Of a stretch of DNA of 11,301 bases, positions 7,676 through 11,301 are shown one piece after another. The stretch lies in NCBI RefSeq assembly GCF_001417965.1, contig NW_018388003.1:643677-654977 (forward strand). Direction: 5' to 3'. Under the pieces are notes generated by a model, which saw only the letters and a program-made list of their open reading frames with translations, made no database searches and was not told where the DNA came from. The DNA is from Exaiptasia diaphana. Lineage: Eukaryota. A program made the translations under genes and the position numbers. Within the stretch, counting starts at the first letter, position 1. The number at the start of each line of letters is the position of its first letter.

Positions 7676-7747
7676 CTGCAGGGATGTAATTATAGTTTTC
7701 AATACAAAAGTAGCAGTATTAACTATCCAAATATTGCATTGATTTAC

Positions 7748-7866
7748 CATAAAAATCTTGGTTCTCTGATTCTTCATCCTCTTCAATATTTAGTTCTTGC
7801 AATAAAGTAACATCAACTTGACGTTTTCTTGTGTGCTCTCCATTCAAACTAAACTCAACAAGATAT
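7748..7866 (-). CDS. PARP4: Exon at the end of the catalytic domain: YLVEFSLNGEHTRKRQVDVTLLQELNIEEDEESENQDFY.
   Basis: The acceptor is ttttgtag| and the donor is TTTATG|gtaaat. It follows the RYL..F motif that ends the PARP fold. Confidence 0.8.
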
Positions 7867-7981
7867 CTACAAAAGAAGATTTTAGCAGGTTTAACTTCAA
7901 GCATCAAAATTAAAAGATGAGCAAGCAGGATACAAACCAAATATATCTTATCCAGGTTGACACATAACTGTGTTATCATAC

Positions 7982-8124
7982 CTCATTTGTTGCTGGTTTG
8001 TATTATAAATCACAAATTCATTGTTTTTAAAGTCTGATGGTTCTTGATTTGTCTCAGCAACACCACAAACACTATCAAAGCCAGCAGGAGGCGATGTCAA
8101 CTCTTTGTTAAAATGTCTGTAACG
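7982..8124 (-). CDS. PARP4: Exon of the catalytic domain: RYRHFNKELTSPPAGFDSVCGVAETNQEPSDFKNNEFVIYNTNQQQM(R). It contains the catalytic Glu (the YNEY-like NNEFVIY).
   Basis: The acceptor is tccttacag| and the donor is AATGAG|gtatga. The exon is 143 nt. Confidence 0.85.
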
Positions 8125-8264
8125 CTGTAAGGATTTATTAGTAGCTTGTTTTAGTAATTCATTTAGTTCATTAAGTATAAACTCAGTAAAAGTTTAATGA
8201 AGAGCTTTGCAAGATTTATTACAAATCAAATAACAAAAAAATATTTTGAATATGGGAACCTTAC

Positions 8265-8346
8265 CTTAATTTTACCTAATGCCACCTCACTAATCAGCAT
8301 AAACCGGGAACCATTGCCCCCACAGGTTGAGTATTTAGCACTAGTA
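8265..8346 (-). CDS. PARP4: Exon of the catalytic domain: TSAKYSTCGGNGSRFMLISEVALGKIK.
   Basis: The acceptor is tgattatag| and the donor is ATTAAG|gtaagg. It carries the SKSA.Y....LLL.EVALG motif. Confidence 0.85.
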
Positions 8347-8442
8347 CTATAATCATGAATGATAACAGCTCAATGATATATTATTGAGTTTAATTATTGA
8401 ATAATATAATAAATGATACAATAAATTTTAACTTCTGAATAC

Positions 8443-8541
8443 CTTATAGAATCACCAAAATAGATTCCCCCTCCAAGCATGCCAGCATCAGATCTCACGC
8501 CACCAAAGTCATCTACAATGATCTTAGGAAGCAGTAACCCT
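8443..8541 (-). CDS. PARP4: Exon of the catalytic domain: GLLLPKIIVDDFGGVRSDAGMLGGGIYFGDSI(S).
   Basis: The acceptor is caattttag| and the donor is TATAAG|gtattc. It contains the GIYF(A/G)D NAD-binding motif. Confidence 0.85.
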
Positions 8542-8623
8542 CTAAAATTGGACAACAACAGATAGTTTGATTGGTGAGAATTACATCTAGTGATAGAAAT
8601 TGCAATTAACTAGATAAAATTAC

Positions 8624-8652
8624 CTTGAAAGGATTCCAACAAAGTTGTTTGC
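8624..8652 (-). CDS. PARP4: 29-nt micro-exon of the catalytic domain: ANNFVGILS(R).
   Basis: The acceptor is cttcgcag| and the donor is TTTCAAG|gtaatt. The segment aligns to PARP1 TTNFAGILSQG. Confidence 0.8.
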
Positions 8653-8733
8653 CTGCGAAGACGAAATTATTAATGATATATTCAATAAACAAATGCAATT
8701 GAATCATAATATCTTTTTCTCGTCATAACATAC

Positions 8734-8842
8734 TCTCGATGCATGGAAGAGAAGTCTTTTGTCATCAATGTTGTGTGCGAAATTGCTTTCCTCTACTGGA
8801 CGGTGAAGGGAGAAGATATTGATGATTTCTACTTCTGAAGAA
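8734..8842 (-). CDS. PARP4: Exon of the PARP catalytic domain: (C)SSEVEIINIFSLHRPVEESNFAHNIDDKRLLFHASR. It contains the catalytic His motif (HGS in PARP1, HAS here).
   Basis: The acceptor is ttctttcag| and the donor is TCGAGA|gtatgt. The segment aligns to PARP1 LEVIDIFKIEREGE...NRRLLWHGSR. Confidence 0.85.
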
Positions 8843-8973
8843 CTGAAAGAATAATTTGTTGACAAACTCATTACATCACACAAAATAACTTAATTGAGTT
8901 TTAGCTCAATAATACATAATTAATTAATATTGAAATTTGATTAAAGAGTTATCAAATTGTTTCATTTACGTAC

Positions 8974-9134
8974 CATGTCTGGCTTGACAAAATATAAGCT
9001 TTGATTCTTTTAAACTCTTCATTGTCATGTTCCATGTAATCAATGTGGCATTTTAGAGCTCTATAAAGAGTTAAGTCTGACTTTCCTGATGACATGTTAT
9101 AGCATTCACCAACTGTGATGATGTCCCTTATGAT
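8974..9134 (-). CDS. PARP4: Exon encoding the end of the regulatory domain and the start of the catalytic domain: IIRDIITVGECYNMSSGKSDLTLYRALKCHIDYMEHDNEEFKRIKAYILSSQT.
   Basis: The acceptor is tttttaatag| and the donor is ACATG|gtacgt. The exon is 161 nt. It carries the pattern LKC.I..L....EF..I..Y that is typical just upstream of the PARP catalytic core. Confidence 0.8.
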
Positions 9135-9348
9135 CTATTAAAAACAAAGAAATCAAGAAAAACCATTATGAATAGGTTAACTAATAATTGTGTTAGTTTT
9201 TCCCAGTGCTCTGGTCATTGACAGTGACATGTTGAGACTTTGAAAGTTGCCTATGACTATAAAAATGATGACAAAAATGATATTATGAACAATATGATGA
9301 TCACATCATTTTTATAGCAAATGTTGTACTAAATGTCACTTAACCCAC

Positions 9349-9690
9349 CTGACACAAATTCTGTTTCTCTGCAATGAGGCTTTTGCTAAACTTTGAGACA
9401 GCGTCTAAACCATTAGCCTGAGGTATACATTGACAGAAATCTCCCCAGAGCTTCTGCATCTTGTCCTGGCTACCACTATCATCCAGACATCCCTTCATTA
9501 ACGTCAAAATAGCTTCAGCTTCCTGTAGTTTTTGAAGTTTTATGTTTTCAACAGTCCCTTTGATAACATCACCCACAAGCTTATCAGCCTCATCCCACAG
9601 ACACTTCACAAGACTTGTTACTTCTAATAGACCTGATGATTTTAGTAGAGGTTGAGCTCCATCACCACTTGACTGCATGTCAAGATATTG
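9349..9690 (-). CDS. PARP4: Exon encoding the PARP regulatory (alpha-helical) domain: QYLDMQSSGDGAQPLLKSSGLLEVTSLVKCLWDEADKLVGDVIKGTVENIKLQKLQEAEAILTLMKGC...LIAEKQNLCQ.
   Basis: An in-frame stop lies directly upstream of the acceptor gtttttag|. The donor is TGTCAG|gtgggt. The exon is 342 nt. Its helical, amphipathic character is similar to the PARP1 regulatory domain. Confidence 0.8.
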
Positions 9691-9809
9691 CTAAAAACAT
9701 TAAACAACATGTGATGTTAGTATTAATCAAAGTTTGCAATGAGTAAAGCCATTTGTTGCTGCAAGCACATGACATCTTGCTTCATGTCATGTCATGTATT
9801 CATACAAAC

Positions 9810-10109
9810 CTCTTTCATTTTATCAGATCCAATCTTGGATGACAAAAGTGATGAAGCCCTCATATAACCATTACTTATTGCAGCTCTGTCATGTAATGCA
9901 ACATAGATACCCATTGCTTCTTCTGCCGTGTACACATAACAACACTCCTTAAACCCCTGACCATGCCCTTCATTATGGTGCTTTAATAGTTCTAAATTGC
10001 CGTGGTGAGTAAAGATACGGTATCGCTGAGATTCACATGGGATAGGTTGAGGTATAACATGCAGCTCAATTTCAAGAAACTTGCTTGTCTTTCCATCATC
10101 ATCATTTTG
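9810..10109 (-). CDS. PARP4: Exon encoding the region between the BRCT and PARP regulatory domains: QNDDDGKTSKFLEIELHVIPQPIPCESQRYRIFTHHGNLELL...GIYVALHDRAAISNGYMRASSLLSSKIGSDKMKE.
   Basis: A 300-nt open frame matches the listed ORF 9792..10115. The acceptor is gatttgcag| and the donor is AAAGAG|gtttgt. Phase is 0 at both ends. Confidence 0.7.
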
Positions 10110-10371
10110 CTGCAAATCATAAGCAAAACATTTAACATCTTACACGACTTTGATCACAAAAGAAATCTTCACTGATAACTATCGTTGAGTATTTTAATTG
10201 ATTAGTACATCATTTATTGAGAAGCATTCTCTTGGTGAGCACATATTTCAATCACTAGGAATCAGCTACACGATTCATCTGCATAAATATTGCTTCACAT
10301 TATTCTTTACACGATCCCCTCTAGGGAATTCAATTGGCATAATGTTTGGTCTTCTATTGCTTTAGTCATAC

Positions 10372-10453
10372 CTTGAATAACACATTTTTGGCTATCTTGT
10401 AGTCTTTCTCAGAATAGGGTGGTGAACTTCTAGCATCTTTATAAGGCCAAACA
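10372..10453 (-). CDS. PARP4: Exon: (S)VWPYKDARSSPPYSEKDYKIAKNVLFK.
   Basis: The acceptor is attttaaag| and the donor is TTCAAG|gtatga. The exon is 82 nt and its phases are compatible with both neighbours. Confidence 0.55.
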
Positions 10454-10535
10454 CTTTAAAATAAAATATTTTATATACATAAGAGGAGAATGGTGGATTA
10501 ATTTATAGAATTATATTTTATATTGTTCAAATTAC

Positions 10536-10626
10536 CTTAAATTTGCTAATTTTGAATCGTCAAATTTGATCAAATTAGTTTCTTTTTTATTTTTATTGGA
10601 AGATAAATCTTTTGGTTTTGAGTATG
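10536..10626 (-). CDS. PARP4: Short Lys-rich linker exon: (T)YSKPKDLSSNKNKKETNLIKFDDSKLANL.
   Basis: The acceptor is ttatctccacag| and the donor is TTTAAG|gtaatt. The 91-nt length is exactly what is needed to bridge the phases of the flanking exons. The sequence is low complexity, so this call rests mainly on splice signals and phase. Confidence 0.45.
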
Positions 10627-10751
10627 CTGTGGAGATAAGAATATCACAGAGTCATTACAAAAAATAGTAGAGGCGCTTCAAATTAATCATCACCATCATC
10701 GTCATCATCATCATTATTATAAGGAAGTAGTAGTAATCTATGCCATCTTAC

Positions 10752-10965
10752 TGTTAATTTTGCCCGTCTTCAGCTGGTTATTTTCAAGTTGATATTCAGA
10801 GTCACAGAATGGATAAGTATAAAGTGGAAGATCTATGAACTCTTTCTTTTTGATGCAGTTTTCAATAAACTCCATTTTAACAATCTCGGTGCCATATTTT
10901 AATGCTGTAGCTCCTTTGTAAGATGAATACGTCTTTTTTGGATCAGCTGTCAGCAGAACGTGTGA
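10752..10965 (-). CDS. PARP4: Exon encoding the C-terminal half of the BRCT domain: SHVLLTADPKKTYSSYKGATALKYGTEIVKMEFIENCIKKKEFIDLPLY...KTGKIN.
   Basis: The acceptor is ttctttttag| and the donor is ACA|gtaaga. The exon is 214 nt, starts in phase 0 and ends with 1 extra nt. It has the BRCT consensus features (THV..., W/F-I..C). Confidence 0.75.
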
Positions 10966-11199
10966 CTAAAAAGAATATTTTTTAAAACATTGTAGATATA
11001 CGTATGCATAATTTTACCCCCTCCCCCCTAAACCAGAGTTGTTGATCATCAAAGAAACTTCCTGTAGACGAAGGAAGGTTTCTGCATCGCAAACCAACTC
11101 AAAAATACCACAAAATTCACAAATTTTGCAAAAATCATTGTTAAGTTCAAAACTCTTCCTATCTAAGTCAGTCAAGCAGCAATCATTGACAATTCATAC

Positions 11200-11301
11200 C
11201 TTTCTTGTCAAAATATACGAGACGATTCCTCCATTGGAAGTGATGTCTTCACGGAGTTTTTGCTTCTTTTTGAACGGCACATAGGTAAAACTTGAGGAAT
11301 C
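11200..11301 (-). CDS. PARP4: Exon (5' end lies beyond the window) encoding the N-terminal half of the BRCT domain: DSSSFTYVPFKKKQKLREDITSNGGIVSYILTRK.
   Basis: The frame is open from the window edge. The donor is AAG|gtatga at 11199-11198. The BRCT-like motif NGG.V...THV continues into the next exon. Confidence 0.7.

Larger units (their letters stand above)
1..11301 (-). other. PARP4: Locus of a single PARP4-like (vault PARP) gene on the minus strand. It has at least 35 exons and both the 5' and 3' ends lie outside the window.
   Basis: An ordered, phase-compatible chain of GT-AG exons encodes BRCT, PARP regulatory, PARP catalytic, VIT and VWA domains in the canonical PARP4 order. No in-frame stop interrupts the exons when they are joined as listed below. 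Confidence 0.8.

Noticed and set aside
10141-10160. An alternative acceptor, gtgtaag|AT, upstream of exon 9810..10109 that would let the BRCT exon join directly without exons 10536..10626 and 10372..10453.
   Set aside because: It has no polypyrimidine tract and resembles a donor rather than an acceptor. The two intervening exons have strong sites and fit the phases exactly.
1-11301. Prokaryote-style features such as operons, a CRISPR array, RBS/promoter boxes or terminators.
   Set aside because: The sequence is clearly spliced eukaryotic DNA with GT-AG introns, polypyrimidine tracts and microsatellites. There are no direct-repeat/spacer arrays, and the long ORFs are exon fragments.

Overview
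The window reads as eukaryotic DNA from a compact, AT-rich genome, with GT-AG introns mostly 70-290 nt long and rich in microsatellites; two larger introns (433 and 702 nt) lie in the C-terminal low-complexity part. It is not prokaryotic or mobile-element sequence. Almost the whole window is one multi-exon gene on the minus strand. I hand-assembled about 35 coding exons between 11301 and 1 that are consistent in splice site and reading phase, with both ends running off the window. In 5'->3' order on the minus strand the exons encode a BRCT domain (11301..10752), then a linker, then a PARP regulatory helical region and a PARP ADP-ribosyltransferase catalytic domain (9690..7748), then a VIT domain (7675..6156) and a von Willebrand A domain (6075..4982), and then a conserved post-VWA region (4901..3794). 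This is the diagnostic architecture of PARP4, the vault poly(ADP-ribose) polymerase. Several segments closely match what I recall of human PARP4 (from memory, not searched), for example SVPIEAKYVFPLDDMAAVCGFEAFINGKHVIGEVKEKE... and ...EVLFFLDASNSMQ. Downstream of that, at 3360..1, phase-compatible exons encode an acidic/Ser-rich segment, two tandemly duplicated acidic micro-exons, a 966-nt exon of FG-type repeats with a poly-Gln run, and a 491+ nt poly-proline exon that continues past position 1. These most likely form the low-complexity C-terminal part of the same protein, but that join needs transcript evidence. Nothing convincing is encoded on the plus strand; the long Gly-rich plus-strand ORF at 119..523 is the antisense shadow of the poly-Pro exon. 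No rRNA, tRNA, CRISPR array or transposon was recognised. Other things worth a second look are the exon-phase pattern of the tail, a degenerate third copy of the acidic-exon repeat, a G-quadruplex/telomere-like motif, an intronic inverted repeat, many intronic microsatellites, a HGS->HAS substitution in the catalytic His motif and a splice donor overlapping a stop codon.
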